NCBI GenBank assembly: GCA_001029675.1
Contig: CP011210.1
Span: 320,193-384,192, forward strand
DNA length: 64,000 nucleotides
Direction: 5' to 3'
DNA from: Candidatus Beckwithbacteria bacterium GW2011_GWC1_49_16
GTDB taxonomy: Bacteria; Patescibacteriota; Microgenomatia; UBA1400; CG1-02-47-37
The position numbers and the translations under genes were made by a program. A model generated the notes under the pieces. That model had not been told where the DNA came from and searched no databases. It worked only from the letters and a program-made list of their open reading frames with translations. Shown piece after piece: positions 26,658 to 37,183 of this stretch (its first letter is position 1; the number at the start of each line of letters is the position of its first letter).

Positions 26658-27365
26658 ATGTCAGGACATAGCAAGTGGGCGACGATAAAACACCAGAAAG
26701 GAGTGGCCGACGCGAGACGCGGCCAGTTGTTTACTAAGCTGGCGCGGGCGATTACCGTGGCGGCCAAAGACGGGGAGGACTCGGACTCAAACTTTAAGCT
26801 GAGGTTGGCGATGGATAAAGCCAGAGAGGCTAACATGCCCAAGGAAAATATTAAGCGGGCGATAGAAAAGGGGAGTGGGTCGGGCGGCGGCGGAGAGCTG
26901 ACAGAGGTGATTTATGAAGGTTATGGTCAGGAAAAAGTGGCGGTAATGGTCGAGGTGGTAACCGATAACAAAAACCGAACCGTGTCTGAGCTTAAAAAGA
27001 TATTTGAGATGAGTGGGGGAAACTTAGGTGAGCCTGGGTCGGTGGCTTTTCAGTTTAAAAGGAAGGGGAGGATAGAAGTAGAAGGCGGCGGTGAGGCAGA
27101 AATGCTTAAGCTTATCGATCTGGGGGTCGAGGAGGTGGAGCCGGTTGAAGGGGGGTTGGAGGTGGCGGTGGAGGCGGAGAAATTGACGGAGTCTAAGGGG
27201 AGAATCGAGGCGGCGGGGTTTAAGGTAAAGCTGGCAGAACTTATTTATGCGCCGCTTTCCTTGTTGCCGGTGGAGGATAAGGTCAAAGAGAGGGTGAAGG
27301 GTTTTTTGGCTAAACTGGTTGACCACGACGACGTCCAAAACGTATACACAAACGCCGACCTATGA
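26658..27365 (+). CDS. yebC: YebC/PmpR-family transcriptional regulator
   Basis: MSGHSKWATIKHQKGVADARRG N-terminus is diagnostic for the YebC/PmpR family; 235 aa. Confidence 0.9.
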   Translation: MSGHSKWATIKHQKGVADARRGQLFTKLARAITVAAKDGEDSDSNFKLRLAMDKAREANMPKENIKRAIEKGSGSGGGGELTEVIYEGYGQEKVAVMVEVVTDNKNRTVSELKKIFEMSGGNLGEPGSVAFQFKRKGRIEVEGGGEAEMLKLIDLGVEEVEPVEGGLEVAVEAEKLTESKGRIEAAGFKVKLAELIYAPLSLLPVEDKVKERVKGFLAKLVDHDDVQNVYTNADL

Positions 27366-28138
27366 GCAAAAGACAAAAGCTGGTGGCGGCTTCGCTGCTT
27401 TTAACCTTGGGGATTTTGAGTATCCAGTCGGTAGAGATAGAGGCCAGGTATCAAGCCATCGGCTTACTGGCCGGAGTGGCTTACGGGCTGTCGGCTTGGG
27501 CGATGTTTGAGGATTTGCGCGGGGTGGAATGGTTGACGGTTTTAATCTTGCCGGTGATGTACCCGGTGGCGGTAGCGCTTTTCTACTTTTTGTTGCCGGA
27601 GAGGTTTTTGACCCGGACGATGATTTTAGGTTTTTTTGGCATCGGTATGTATGCGCTACTTTTGACCGAAAACATTTTTAACGTGGCGGCAATCAGAACG
27701 ATTCAACTGTTGCGGGCGGCTCACGCGGTGGGGTTTTTACTGACTTTGATGGTGGCTTTTTTTCTCTGGGACACGATTTTTTCTTTCCGGCTTTACGGTT
27801 GGTGGAATGCTATCTTGGTTTTAGTCAGCTCGTTTCCATTGATTTTACAGGCGTTGTGGAGCGTAAATCTTGAGGAAAAGTTGACTGCCGAGGTGGTTTA
27901 TTACTCGGCGGCCTTGAGCTGGGCGCTTTTTGGATTGAGCCTGCTAGTTAGTTTTTGGCCGGTAACGATAACGGCGGCAGCCTTGTTCGTGGTAACGGCT
28001 CTATACGTTGGCTTGGGGCTGGTTCAGAACTATTTGAGCGGGCGGTTGTTCAAGAGAACCATAAGGGAATATCTTTGGGTGGGCCTGGCGGTGTTTTTGA
28101 TAACGTTTTGGTTGGCATCCTGGGGGGAAAAATTTTAG
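27362..28138 (+). CDS. Polytopic membrane protein, hypothetical
   Basis: ~7 predicted hydrophobic helices and no catalytic motif. Translationally coupled (4-bp overlap) to yebC. Confidence 0.4.
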   Translation: MSKRQKLVAASLLLTLGILSIQSVEIEARYQAIGLLAGVAYGLSAWAMFEDLRGVEWLTVLILPVMYPVAVALFYFLLPERFLTRTMILGFFGIGMYALLLTENIFNVAAIRTIQLLRAAHAVGFLLTLMVAFFLWDTIFSFRLYGWWNAILVLVSSFPLILQALWSVNLEEKLTAEVVYYSAALSWALFGLSLLVSFWPVTITAAALFVVTALYVGLGLVQNYLSGRLFKRTIREYLWVGLAVFLITFWLASWGEKF

Positions 28139-28320
28139 AGACACCAAGGCGAAGTAGAGGAGAGGGGAGCCTATAGTAATAGCAATACTTTTCACATAAT
28201 TATAGGACTCTTTTCACGAAATTTGTCAGACTTTAACTTCGAGTAATGAAGTAAAATAGATTAATATACCAACCCTTTTTGCTGTAAGGGTTTGATACAG
28301 TTTATTCAGAGGAGAGTAGG

Positions 28321-28329
28321 TGTGGATAA
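28321..28329 (-). promoter_or_regulatory. DnaA box, perfect consensus (TGTGGATAA = TTATCCACA reversed)
   Basis: Exact 9-mer read in the sequence. Confidence 0.6.
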
Positions 28330-28477
28330 CTATTTTTTAAGTAACTAATTGATAGAGTGATTAGTTTAGAGAGGGAAAGGGACGCGGTGGACGGTTAAAT
28401 AAACCGGAAGTGTTTGGCTTCTCTCTTTTTTAAAGACCCCCAAATTAGTAGGTAAGGGCTTTCTTCGGGTTGGCATT

Positions 28478-28505
28478 ACGTCGCACAATGTATCTTTTGC
28501 GACTA
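28478..28505. promoter_or_regulatory. dif-like imperfect palindrome GTCGCACAA-TGTATC-TTTTGCGAC (candidate Xer recombination site)
   Basis: Arms GTCGCACAA / GTCGCAAAA(rc) flank a 6-bp TGTATC centre, comparable to RGTGCGCATAA-TGTATA-TTATGTTAAAT. A half-site GTCGCACAAT recurs at 28805-28814. Confidence 0.3.
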
Positions 28506-28851
28506 TAGCCTTGGCGGCGGAGTGGAGGGGCGGAAGAAAAGCAAGATTTAAGCTTTGCCGGCGAAAAATTTTTTGGCAGCGGTTAAAGATGACAGGTTTA
28601 AGTTTAATTATTCCCCAACTAGCCCGCCTTGCCCTTTTTGGGCGGCGCGAACCTCTACCGAAAACATCAAACTCCCCTACACGTTATCATTGTAGGACAA
28701 CTACCTGCGGAAATAAGAAAAACTCGCGTTAGAGGCGATTTGGCGGCCTCGCCTTGAGTAAAAAAGGGTGGTTTAGGGTACAAAGTTCGGCCGACAATTT
28801 GAATGTCGCACAATATTGACTGGTTGGCGCTAGTTTGATAGAATAAACTAC

Positions 28852-28860
28852 TTATCCACA
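28852..28860 (+). promoter_or_regulatory. DnaA box, perfect consensus TTATCCACA (within 14-bp repeat ACTACTTATCCACA)
   Basis: Exact 9-mer; the 14-mer is repeated at 28920-28933. Confidence 0.6.
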
Positions 28861-28924
28861 CGTTTCCCTATAGTTTGAAATTCTAAGGTATTAAAAAAGC
28901 TTGTTATATTAACCCTTTTACTAC

Positions 28925-28933
28925 TTATCCACA
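28925..28933 (+). promoter_or_regulatory. DnaA box, perfect consensus TTATCCACA (second copy of ACTACTTATCCACA), 19 bp upstream of the xer start
   Basis: Exact 9-mer. Confidence 0.6.
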
Positions 28934-28951
28934 TCTTGGCACCTCAAGACT

Positions 28952-29920
28952 ATGGCTGCTAAAACAAAAAAACAAACAAAAAGCGAAAAAAGGCTGGTTC
29001 ATCAGCTGGTGGACTTTCTCAACTATCTGGCAGTGGAGCGGAATTGTTCTCCGTTGACCAGGCGAAACTACCGACATTATCTGACCAGATTTATCAAATT
29101 TATGGTTAAGCGCTACCCGTCTTTCAAAATCGAGCAGTTGACGCTTGGCCAGGTAGGAGACTATCGTTTGTTTTTGGCAAAACTGACAACAAAAGATGGT
29201 TTAACCTTGAGTCGGGTGACCCAAAGCTACCATATTATCGGCTTAAGATCTTTTTTAAAGTATTTGATCAAAAGAGACGTTGTCACCTTGGCGCCGGAGA
29301 AGATCGAGCTGCCCAAAACAGAGAGTCATAGCTTGAAGTTTTTGGACGAGGAGCAGGTTGAGCGACTTCTGGCCTCCCCGAGCGTGTCAACTTTGTCCGG
29401 CTTGCGGGACAAAGCGATTTTAGAGACTTTGTTTTCGACCGGTTTGCGCGTGAGCGAGATGGTCAGGTTAAATCGGGAGGAGATAAATCTTAAGCGGCGC
29501 GAATTTGGGGTGGTGGGCAAGGGGGGGAGGCCCAGGGTGGTGTTTTTATCTAACCAGGCGGCTGATTGGTTGAAGAAATACCTGAATAAACGGGAAGACG
29601 ACTGGGAGCCGTTGTTTGTCAGGTTATCTGGCAAGGCCGACGAAACCAGCCAGGGCAACAAAATGAGGCTGACGGTCCGGTCGGTGCAAAGGATCGTCAA
29701 AAAATACGCCAACCGGGCAAGGCTACCGGTTAAAATTACGCCGCATGGTCTGCGCCATAGCTACGCCACCGACTTACTCCGGGGAGGGGCTGACATCAGG
29801 GCGGTCCAGGAGATGCTGGGACACAAAAATATTGCCACCACCCAAATTTACACTCACGTTACCGACAGGCAACTGAAACAGATCTATCAGCGGGCTCACT
29901 CGGGAAATAAAGGGGAATAA
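28952..29920 (+). CDS. xerD: Tyrosine site-specific recombinase, XerC/XerD family
   Basis: Core-binding N-domain plus catalytic domain with R...HxxR...Y (LRHSYATDLLRGGADIRAVQEMLGH...TQIYTHV). Confidence 0.8.
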   Translation: MAAKTKKQTKSEKRLVHQLVDFLNYLAVERNCSPLTRRNYRHYLTRFIKFMVKRYPSFKIEQLTLGQVGDYRLFLAKLTTKDGLTLSRVTQSYHIIGLRSFLKYLIKRDVVTLAPEKIELPKTESHSLKFLDEEQVERLLASPSVSTLSGLRDKAILETLFSTGLRVSEMVRLNREEINLKRREFGVVGKGGRPRVVFLSNQAADWLKKYLNKREDDWEPLFVRLSGKADETSQGNKMRLTVRSVQRIVKKYANRARLPVKITPHGLRHSYATDLLRGGADIRAVQEMLGHKNIATTQIYTHVTDRQLKQIYQRAHSGNKGE

Positions 29921-29925
29921 ATAGG

Positions 29926-32505
29926 TTAAGCTTCGTCTTTGTCGACCAGAGCCACGGCGGCTACTTGGTCGGCCGCTTTGGCAAAACGCATCAGGATGAC
30001 GCCTTGAGTGGTGCGGCCCAGGCGTTTGATGTTTTTTAGAGGCAACCTGATCACCTGGGCTTTTTTGCTGGTTAAGATGGCGGCTTCGATTTTTTCGGTG
30101 ACCAAATGGGCGGAGACGATTTTGCCGGTTTTTTCGGTGAGGCGCGCCACCCTGACGCCTTTGCCGCCTCTTTTTTGAACGGGGAAACTGGCGATAGCGG
30201 TCCTTTTACCAATCCCCTTCTGGGTGACGACGAGCAAGTCGTGAAAGAATTTGCGTTTGCCTTTTTCTTTTTGGCGGCCAGTAGGATAGACGGCCATGCC
30301 CACGACAAAATCTTTAAGAGTGAGTCTGATGCCGCGGACCCCCTTGGCGGCCCGGCCCATGGGCCGGGCGTCGGTTTCTTTAAAGCGGATCGATTGACCC
30401 AGGTGAGAGATAAGAACGATGTCGTCTGAGCCTGAAGTTTGTTTGACCCAGACTAATTCGTCGCCGCGAGTGAGGTTTAAAGCGATGATGCCAGAAGAAC
30501 GGATGTTGGCGTAATCCAGCGTGGGGGTTTTTTTGATGGTTCCGCCTCTAGTGACCATAAGCAAAAAGCCTTGACTGGTTTTATTTTTGTCCAGGTTTAA
30601 TATCGACTGGATGGTTTCGTCGCTGTCGATACTGATCAGGTTGATGATGGCCTGGCCCTTAGCTTGGCGGGAGCCTTGGGGTAGTTCGAAGACTTTGAGT
30701 TTGAACACCCTGCCTTTATTGGTAAAGATGAGTAAGGTGTCGTGGGTGTTGGCCGAGAAAATGCGGCTGATTTCGTCCTGCTCTTTGGTGGTCATGCCGG
30801 AAACACCCTTGCCGCCGCGGCGCTGGGAACGATAGGTAGCCACCGGGATTCTTTTGATGTAGCCTGATTTGGTCATGGTGACCAGGCATTCTTCTTCGGG
30901 TTCGAGGTCTTCTTCGGAAAAGCTAATAAGCGAGGACTTGATTATTTTGGTGCGCCTATCGTCACCGTAGGTTTTGTCTAAGTGATCGATTTCAGCCTCG
31001 ATGGCGGAAAACACTTTTTGGGGGCTTAGAAGCAGGGCAACAAGCTGGTCGATAGCAATTTTCACTTCTTGGTATTCGTCTTCAATTTTTTTTCTTTCCA
31101 AGGCGGCCAAACGTCTCAACTGCATGTCTAAGATGGCCTGGGCTTGGATGTCAGAAAGCTTAAAATTTTTCATCAAGTTTAACTTGGCGGTGTCGGCGTC
31201 GCGGGACTTTTTGATGGTGCTAATCACCGCGTCTAAGTGGTCCAGGGCGATTTTCAGGCCCTCGAGGATGTGGGCCCTTAATTTGGCGGCCTTGAGATTG
31301 AATTGGCTGCGGCGGATTAAAACCAGCTGGCGGTGTTTTAAATACTCCAAAAGAATTTGTTTGAGGTTTAGAAGCTGTGGGGTGTCGTCTACCAAAGCGA
31401 CCATGTTGGCGGGAAAGTTGGTTTGCAGTTCGGTATGTTTGAAAAGGTTGTTTAAAACCGCTTTGGGTTTGGCGTCTCTTTTTAATTCGATCGCTATTTG
31501 GAGGCCGGTTCTGTCTGACTCGTCGCGGATGTCTCTGATGCCGTTCAATTTCTTGTTTTTGACCAGGTCGGCAATTTTGGCGATGAGTCTAGCTTTGTTG
31601 ACTTGGTAAGGAAGCTGAGTGACTAAGATTTTGTAGGCACCGCCTTTTGATTCGACGATGTTGGTTTTGGCCCGAGTGGTGATGCTGCCCTTACCGGTGG
31701 TGTAGAGTTCTTTCAAGTTTTCGGCGTTGTAGATGATGCCGCCGGTAGGAAAATCCGGTCCGGGAAGAACCTGCATCAATTCTTCTATTTCGGCTTGGCT
31801 GGTGAGACTGCCGGCCAAAACTTGGGGTTTGATTTCTTCTGGGGCGATATTTTGGGGAAATTTTTTGCCTTTAATCTCCGGGGCTTTGGGGTCGGGGGTG
31901 ACTTTAGTCTTTTTGATGAGAATTTTTATGGCGGTGATAACTTCTGATAAGTTGTGGGGAGGAATTTTGGTAGCCATACCGACGGCGATGCCATCGGCAC
32001 CCATCAGGAGTAAGTTGGGAAGGTTAGCCGGTAAGACCGTCGGCTCTTTTTGGGAGCCGTCGAAGTTGTCGATAAACTTGACTGTATCTTTGTCGATATC
32101 TTCTAACAGTTCCTGGGAAATTTTAGCCAGTCGGGCTTCGGTGTAGCGCATGGCGGCGGGAGAATCGCCGTCGACTGAACCGAAGTTGCCGTGGCCGTCG
32201 ATTAAAGGATAGCGCAGGGAAAAATCTTGGGCCATGCGCACCAGGGCGTCGTAGACAGCCATGTCGCCGTGGGGGTGGAATTTGCCTAAAACTTCGCCGA
32301 CGACCCGGGCCGATTTTTTATGGGGAGATTTATGGTTGATGCCTTGCTGGTCCATGGCGTAGAGGATGCGCCGGTGGACGGGTTTTAAGCCGTCGCGAAC
32401 GTCGGGCAAGGCCCGAGCGACGATAACAGACATAGCGTAATCCAGGTAAGACCTTTGCATTTCGTCCACGATTTTTACTGGTTTGATTTGACCGATTGAA
32501 TCCAT
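29926..32505 (-). CDS. gyrA: DNA gyrase subunit A
   Basis: N-terminus ...[33 protein letters not shown] with active-site Tyr region, C-terminal beta-pinwheel repeats; 859 aa. Confidence 0.95.
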   Translation of the reverse strand: MDSIGQIKPVKIVDEMQRSYLDYAMSVIVARALPDVRDGLKPVHRRILYAMDQQGINHKSPHKKSARVVGEVLGKFHPHGDMAVYDALVRMAQDFSLRYPLIDGHGNFGSVDGDSPAAMRYTEARLAKISQELLEDIDKDTVKFIDNFDGSQKEPTVLPANLPNLLLMGADGIAVGMATKIPPHNLSEVITAIKILIKKTKVTPDPKAPEIKGKKFPQNIAPEEIKPQVLAGSLTSQAEIEELMQVLPGPDFPTGGIIYNAENLKELYTTGKGSITTRAKTNIVESKGGAYKILVTQLPYQVNKARLIAKIADLVKNKKLNGIRDIRDESDRTGLQIAIELKRDAKPKAVLNNLFKHTELQTNFPANMVALVDDTPQLLNLKQILLEYLKHRQLVLIRRSQFNLKAAKLRAHILEGLKIALDHLDAVISTIKKSRDADTAKLNLMKNFKLSDIQAQAILDMQLRRLAALERKKIEDEYQEVKIAIDQLVALLLSPQKVFSAIEAEIDHLDKTYGDDRRTKIIKSSLISFSEEDLEPEEECLVTMTKSGYIKRIPVATYRSQRRGGKGVSGMTTKEQDEISRIFSANTHDTLLIFTNKGRVFKLKVFELPQGSRQAKGQAIINLISIDSDETIQSILNLDKNKTSQGFLLMVTRGGTIKKTPTLDYANIRSSGIIALNLTRGDELVWVKQTSGSDDIVLISHLGQSIRFKETDARPMGRAAKGVRGIRLTLKDFVVGMAVYPTGRQKEKGKRKFFHDLLVVTQKGIGKRTAIASFPVQKRGGKGVRVARLTEKTGKIVSAHLVTEKIEAAILTSKKAQVIRLPLKNIKRLGRTTQGVILMRFAKAADQVAAVALVDKDEA

Positions 32506-32509
32506 ATCT

Positions 32510-34477
32510 TTAGGCTAGAAAGCCTGCCAAGAGTAAGGCAACCACGTTTAAGATCTTGATCATCGGATTAATGGCCGGCCCGGCGGTGTCTTTGTAGGGA
32601 TCACCGACGGTGTCGCCGGTGACGGCGGCCTGGTGGGCGGGGCTGCCTTTGCCGCCAAAGCGGCCTGCCTCGATGTATTTTTTGGCGTTGTCCCAGGCGG
32701 CGCCCCCGGTAGTCATGGATAGCCCGACGAAGATGCCGGTTAAAATGGAACCGATTAACATTCCCCCCAGAGCCGTTGGTCCCAGAGTAAAGCCGACGAC
32801 GATGGGGGCGACCACGGGAATTAAGGCAGGAACAACCATTTGCTTTAAGGCGGCGCGGGTGACGATGTCGACTGCCCGGCCGTATTCCGGCTGGGCGCGT
32901 CTTTCCATGATGCCTTTGATTTCTTTGAATTGGCGCCTGACCTCTTTGACTACGGCTTGGGCGGCGGTGCCGACCGCTTCCATGGACAAGGCGGCAAAAA
33001 GATAGCTCAAACTGCCGCCGATAAACAAGCCGGAGATAATATAAGGATTGTCCAGGCTAAAGTTGATGGCGTGACCAGCGGAACCCAATTCCTGGGTATA
33101 GGCGGCAAATAAAACCAGGGCAGCCAATCCGGCCGAACCGATGGCGTAGCCTTTGGTGACGGCCTTGGTGGTGTTACCGACGGCGTCCAAGCGATCGGTC
33201 ACCAGGCGGATTTTTTGTGGCTGGTGGGTCATCTCGACAATGCCGCCGGCGTTGTCGGTAATGGGACCGAAAGAGTCGATGGCGACGATAATGCCGGTTA
33301 AGCTCAGCATGCTGGTGGCGGCAATAGCCACGCCGAAAATCCCGGCGAGTAAATAGGCGGCCAGCGAAGCCAGAGCGATGACCAGAACCGGCAGAAAGGT
33401 GGCCTTGAGGGAAACGCTGAGCCCGGCGATGATGTTGGTGCCGTGGCCGGTGGTGGAAGCTGTCGCGATGGAGCGGACCGGGGAGAAGTTTCTTGAAGTA
33501 TAGTACTCGGTGATGATGACAAACAGGCCAGTGGTGACTAGGCCGACGACGGCAGTAAGATAAAGATTCAAAGAAGCCAAACCGACAGTCACCGGGTAAA
33601 ACAGGATCAGAGCTAAAACGCCGCTTGAAACCAGACCTTGGTAAAGAGCGGTCATGATGTTTTTGTTTTTAGGCAGGAAAACAAAGCGGCTGCCGATAAT
33701 GGAGCTTAAAATGGCGATGGCGCCTAACGCCAGTGGATAAGTGATAAAGCTTTCTTGGTTGAAGACGATTTTTGCCAGTAACATGGCGGCGATCAGGGTA
33801 ACGGCGTAGGTTTCAAAAAGGTCGGCGGCCATGCCGGCGCAGTCGCCGACGTTGTCCCCTACCAGATCGGCGATGACGCCGGGGTTTCTGAGATCGTCTT
33901 CGGGAATGCCTTTTTCGATTTTGCCGACCAGGTCGGCACCGACGTCGGCCCCCTTAGTATAGATGCCGCCGCCTAATCGAGCAAAAACAGAGATTAAAGA
34001 GCCACCGAAGCCGAGGCCGATTAAGGCATTAAGGTCTTGGGTAATAAAATAGAATAAGCTGACGACCAGTAAACCGAGACCGACTACCAGCATGCCGGTA
34101 ACGCTGCCGCCTTTGAAAGCGGTATCAAGCGCAGGTTTTAAACCTTTTTTGGCGGCTTGAGCAGTTCTGACGTTGGCGTGCACGGCGATGCTCATGCCTA
34201 AAAATCCCGCCAAAGCCGAGGCGGCGGCCCCGAGAAGGAAGCCGACGGCGGTGTTTAAACCAAGAAAATACCACAAGGCGGAAGCCAGGGGAAGGCTTAA
34301 AAAGGCGACGTTTTTGGTTTGACGGGCAAGATAGGCGTTTGAACCCTCGGCAATGGCTTGGGCGATGGCGGTCATCTTGGGAGTGCCTTGGGGTAAAGAA
34401 AGAACCCAACGGATTAAGTAGAGGCTGTAGAAGATAGCGGCCAGGGAGGACAGAATAATAAACCAAAGGCTGTTCAT
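32510..34477 (-). CDS. hppA: Membrane-bound H+-translocating pyrophosphatase (K+-independent type)
   Basis: 16-TM protein with PPase signatures [18 protein letters not shown] and DNAGGIVEM. The GNTTKA motif carries Lys, which indicates K+-independence. Confidence 0.9.
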   Translation of the reverse strand: MNSLWFIILSSLAAIFYSLYLIRWVLSLPQGTPKMTAIAQAIAEGSNAYLARQTKNVAFLSLPLASALWYFLGLNTAVGFLLGAAASALAGFLGMSIAVHANVRTAQAAKKGLKPALDTAFKGGSVTGMLVVGLGLLVVSLFYFITQDLNALIGLGFGGSLISVFARLGGGIYTKGADVGADLVGKIEKGIPEDDLRNPGVIADLVGDNVGDCAGMAADLFETYAVTLIAAMLLAKIVFNQESFITYPLALGAIAILSSIIGSRFVFLPKNKNIMTALYQGLVSSGVLALILFYPVTVGLASLNLYLTAVVGLVTTGLFVIITEYYTSRNFSPVRSIATASTTGHGTNIIAGLSVSLKATFLPVLVIALASLAAYLLAGIFGVAIAATSMLSLTGIIVAIDSFGPITDNAGGIVEMTHQPQKIRLVTDRLDAVGNTTKAVTKGYAIGSAGLAALVLFAAYTQELGSAGHAINFSLDNPYIISGLFIGGSLSYLFAALSMEAVGTAAQAVVKEVRRQFKEIKGIMERRAQPEYGRAVDIVTRAALKQMVVPALIPVVAPIVVGFTLGPTALGGMLIGSILTGIFVGLSMTTGGAAWDNAKKYIEAGRFGGKGSPAHQAAVTGDTVGDPYKDTAGPAINPMIKILNVVALLLAGFLA

Positions 34478-36444
34478 ATATCGAGAGTTGCCATTTTGGC
34501 GTGGGTTTGGATAAAGCGTTTTCGGGGGGGAACTTCTTTGCCCATGAGCATGTTGAAGACCTCGTCGGCTTTTTGAGCGTCATCGACAGTCACTTGTTTT
34601 AAAATGCGATTTTTAGGATTCATGGTAGTTTCCCAGAGTTGATCGGGGTTCATTTCCCCCAAGCCCTTGTAGCGTTGGATGGAATATGATTTTGTTTTAA
34701 ACGATCGCAGGTGTTGATTTTTTTCTTGTTCGGTGTAGGCGTAGTTGTGGTCATTGCCGTGGGTGATTTTAAAAAGCGGCGGCAGGGCGATGTAGAGGTG
34801 GCCGCGGTCGATGATCGGTTTTAGGTGGCGATAAAAGAAAGTCAGAAGCAGAGTGGCGATGTGTTCGCCGTCGACGTCGGCGTCGCACATGATCACCACC
34901 CGGTTGTATCTTAGCTTTTCCGGGTTTAAGGTGTCACCGATGCCGATGCCTAAAGCGATAATTAGGTCTTTGAGTTCGGCAAACTCGATGATTTTGTCCA
35001 AGCGAGCCCTTTCGGTGTTTAAAATTTTCCCGCCTAAAGGCAAAATGGCTTGGAATTTACGGTCCCTGCCTTGCTTGGCGCTGCCGCCGGCCGAGTCGCC
35101 CTCGACGATAAAAAGCTCCGCCTTTTCCGGGTCTGACTCTTGGCAGTCGGCCAGTTTTCCCGGCAGGGTGGAACCTTCAAGCGCCCCTTTTCTGATGACG
35201 GCGTCTTTGGCGGCGCGGGCTGCCAGCCTGGCTTTGGCGGCCAACAGTACCTTTTCTAAGATTTTTCTTGATTCGGCCGGGTGTTCTTCGAAGTAGTTGG
35301 TCAAGCCGTTTTTGGCGGCAGTAAAGACGGCTGATTGGGCTTCGGGGTTGTTTAGCTTGGTTTTGGTCTGTGATTCGAATTGGATGTCGTTACTTGGCAT
35401 TTTGATAAAAATGACGGCGGTCAAACCTTCTTTGAGGTCATCGGAGGTAATTTTGTGGTTTTTGGCTTTTAAGTCTTTGAAATAGCCGTTTTTCTTGCCG
35501 TAACGTTTGACTACCCGGTTTAAGGCCATGCGAAAGCCGGTCAGGTGGGTACCGCCGTCGTGGGTGTTGATGACATTGGCAAAAGTAGACACGTTTTCGG
35601 CAAAGGAGTCGGTGTACTGGAGAGCCACTTCGACGCCAATGGGAAACTCAAACTCGTCGATTTGGCCGTCAAAGTAGATGATGGGGTGAAGGGGTTTTTT
35701 ATTTTTATTTAAGTGTTTGACGAGGGATTTGATGCCGCCGTCAAAGTAAAAGTGGGCTTCTTCGTCGGCCCTTTCGTCGTAAAGGTGAAAGGTTAGACCG
35801 CCGATTAAAAATGCCCTCTCGCGGCAGAGATTTTTGATGGTGTCAAAATTCCACTCGGTGGTTTTTTTGAAGATTTGGCTGTCGGGGATAAAGGAAGAGA
35901 TGGTGAAACTGGTGCTTTTGGGGACGGGAAAGTGGTTGGCGGGCAGGAGCTTTTTGAATTCGGTCTCTTTGAGGGGTTTAACTGTGGTGGTGGCTTGGCC
36001 GCGGACGTAGTCCTGATAGACGGTTTTGCCGTCTCTTCTGACGATGACCCGCATGAAGCTTGAGAGGGCGTTGACGGCCGAAGAGCCGACTCCGTGGAGG
36101 CCGGCTGAAGCCTGGTAGGCGGAGGAACCAAATTTGCCTCCGGCGTGGAGCTTGGTCATTGACACTTCGAGAGCCGACAGGCCTGATTTGTGTTTGTCTA
36201 TCGGGATACCGCGGCCGTCGTCGGCGACCGTTGCCCTGCCGTCGCGGGTCACGCTGATCCAGATGTTTTTAGCAAAACCGGGGATGGCTTCGTCGACGGA
36301 GTTGTCGATGATCTCGGTAACCAGGTGGTGGAGGCCTTTTTCATCGGTGGAGCCGATGTACATGCCGGGACGTTTTCTTACCGGCTCAAGTCCTTCGAGA
36401 ACGGTGATGTCTTTGGCGGTGTATTTAGATGTATTTTTGACCAT
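34474..36444 (-). CDS. gyrB: DNA gyrase subunit B
   Basis: GHKL ATPase N-domain, TOPRIM (EGDSAGG), C-terminal GyrA-interaction tail; 656 aa. Confidence 0.95.
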   Translation of the reverse strand: MVKNTSKYTAKDITVLEGLEPVRKRPGMYIGSTDEKGLHHLVTEIIDNSVDEAIPGFAKNIWISVTRDGRATVADDGRGIPIDKHKSGLSALEVSMTKLHAGGKFGSSAYQASAGLHGVGSSAVNALSSFMRVIVRRDGKTVYQDYVRGQATTTVKPLKETEFKKLLPANHFPVPKSTSFTISSFIPDSQIFKKTTEWNFDTIKNLCRERAFLIGGLTFHLYDERADEEAHFYFDGGIKSLVKHLNKNKKPLHPIIYFDGQIDEFEFPIGVEVALQYTDSFAENVSTFANVINTHDGGTHLTGFRMALNRVVKRYGKKNGYFKDLKAKNHKITSDDLKEGLTAVIFIKMPSNDIQFESQTKTKLNNPEAQSAVFTAAKNGLTNYFEEHPAESRKILEKVLLAAKARLAARAAKDAVIRKGALEGSTLPGKLADCQESDPEKAELFIVEGDSAGGSAKQGRDRKFQAILPLGGKILNTERARLDKIIEFAELKDLIIALGIGIGDTLNPEKLRYNRVVIMCDADVDGEHIATLLLTFFYRHLKPIIDRGHLYIALPPLFKITHGNDHNYAYTEQEKNQHLRSFKTKSYSIQRYKGLGEMNPDQLWETTMNPKNRILKQVTVDDAQKADEVFNMLMGKEVPPRKRFIQTHAKMATLDI

Positions 36445-36476
36445 AGAAGGGTAAGGTTATACCTTAGCAGGGAGTC

Positions 36477-37166
36477 TTACCTGATGTCAATTTTAGCAGA
36501 AAAGTTGCTTTCAGGATAGTGTAAAAACAGGCTTTCTAAGGCTAGTTGGGGGTTGATGTTTTGGTCAATGGCGGCGCGGGTTTTGTCGATATTTTCCACC
36601 AGGCGAAAAAGTTTTACTGGGTCAAGACCGGTGTTGGCGGTTAAAAGTTGGCGCCAAAACACAAGTTGGTTGGTGAGGGTGGCCGAAGCCAAGTCTTTGC
36701 GATTGGAGTATTTTTGGGCTAGTTTTAGCCTTTGGGAGAGCGAAGCGCGGCAAACATCAAGAGCCAATTTTTTGGCGGTTTTTAAGTTTTCGGCGGAGGG
36801 TTTAAGGTTTGATCCTAAGTGGATCACTTGGCAGCGAGAGACGATGGTAGCAAGTAAACTTTGGGAGTTTGGGGCTGACAAAACGATGGTCGAGTGGGCC
36901 GGGGGTTCCTCGAGGGTTTTTAAGAGGGCGTTTTGGGCGGGCAGGGTGAGGCGGTCGGCGCTTAAAATAAAGACAGCTTTATTTTGGCCCAAGGCTTTAC
37001 GGGTTAAGAAACTGGTCAGCTGGCGGACTTTGGCGATGCCGATGACTGTTTCTGGTTCGATGATCATGATGTCCGGTCCGGAGACAAGAGGGAGTTTTAA
37101 AAGGTCTTTTATTCTTTTTTGCCTATCGGTAGGGGTGCCGCCGGTGACAAGAATCGAGTGGAGCAT
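36477..37166 (-). CDS. holB: DNA polymerase III delta' subunit-like clamp-loader protein (short)
   Basis: AAA+-like N-terminus (ILVTGGTP...) and the SRC-type motif LATIVSRCQVIHL of clamp-loader subunits; only 229 aa. Confidence 0.55.
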   Translation of the reverse strand: MLHSILVTGGTPTDRQKRIKDLLKLPLVSGPDIMIIEPETVIGIAKVRQLTSFLTRKALGQNKAVFILSADRLTLPAQNALLKTLEEPPAHSTIVLSAPNSQSLLATIVSRCQVIHLGSNLKPSAENLKTAKKLALDVCRASLSQRLKLAQKYSNRKDLASATLTNQLVFWRQLLTANTGLDPVKLFRLVENIDKTRAAIDQNINPQLALESLFLHYPESNFSAKIDIR

Positions 37167-37183
37167 GGTATACTGAATTTAAC

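Noticed and set aside
28511-28732. 73-aa ORF in the middle of the long non-coding region
   Set aside because: The peptide is Arg/Lys-rich and low-complexity with no start context. It lies in a region better explained as an origin/regulatory region with DnaA boxes, so it is likely a chance ORF in AT-rich DNA.
31001-31609. 202-aa and 137-aa ORFs (31733-32146) antisense to gyrA
   Set aside because: They are fully contained within the strongly supported gyrA coding region on the opposite strand. The composition is Ser/Leu/Ala/Trp-rich, typical of shadow ORFs, and no motifs are present.
34515-34530. G7 homopolymer near the gyrB 5' end as a possible phase-variable tract
   Set aside because: It lies in an essential gene and simply encodes Pro-Pro in frame ([10 protein letters not shown] region). 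There is no reason to think it is variable.
34125-34583. 152-aa minus-strand ORF spanning the gyrB/hppA junction
   Set aside because: It is an out-of-frame overlap of two high-confidence genes. The Arg/Ser-rich product has no motifs.
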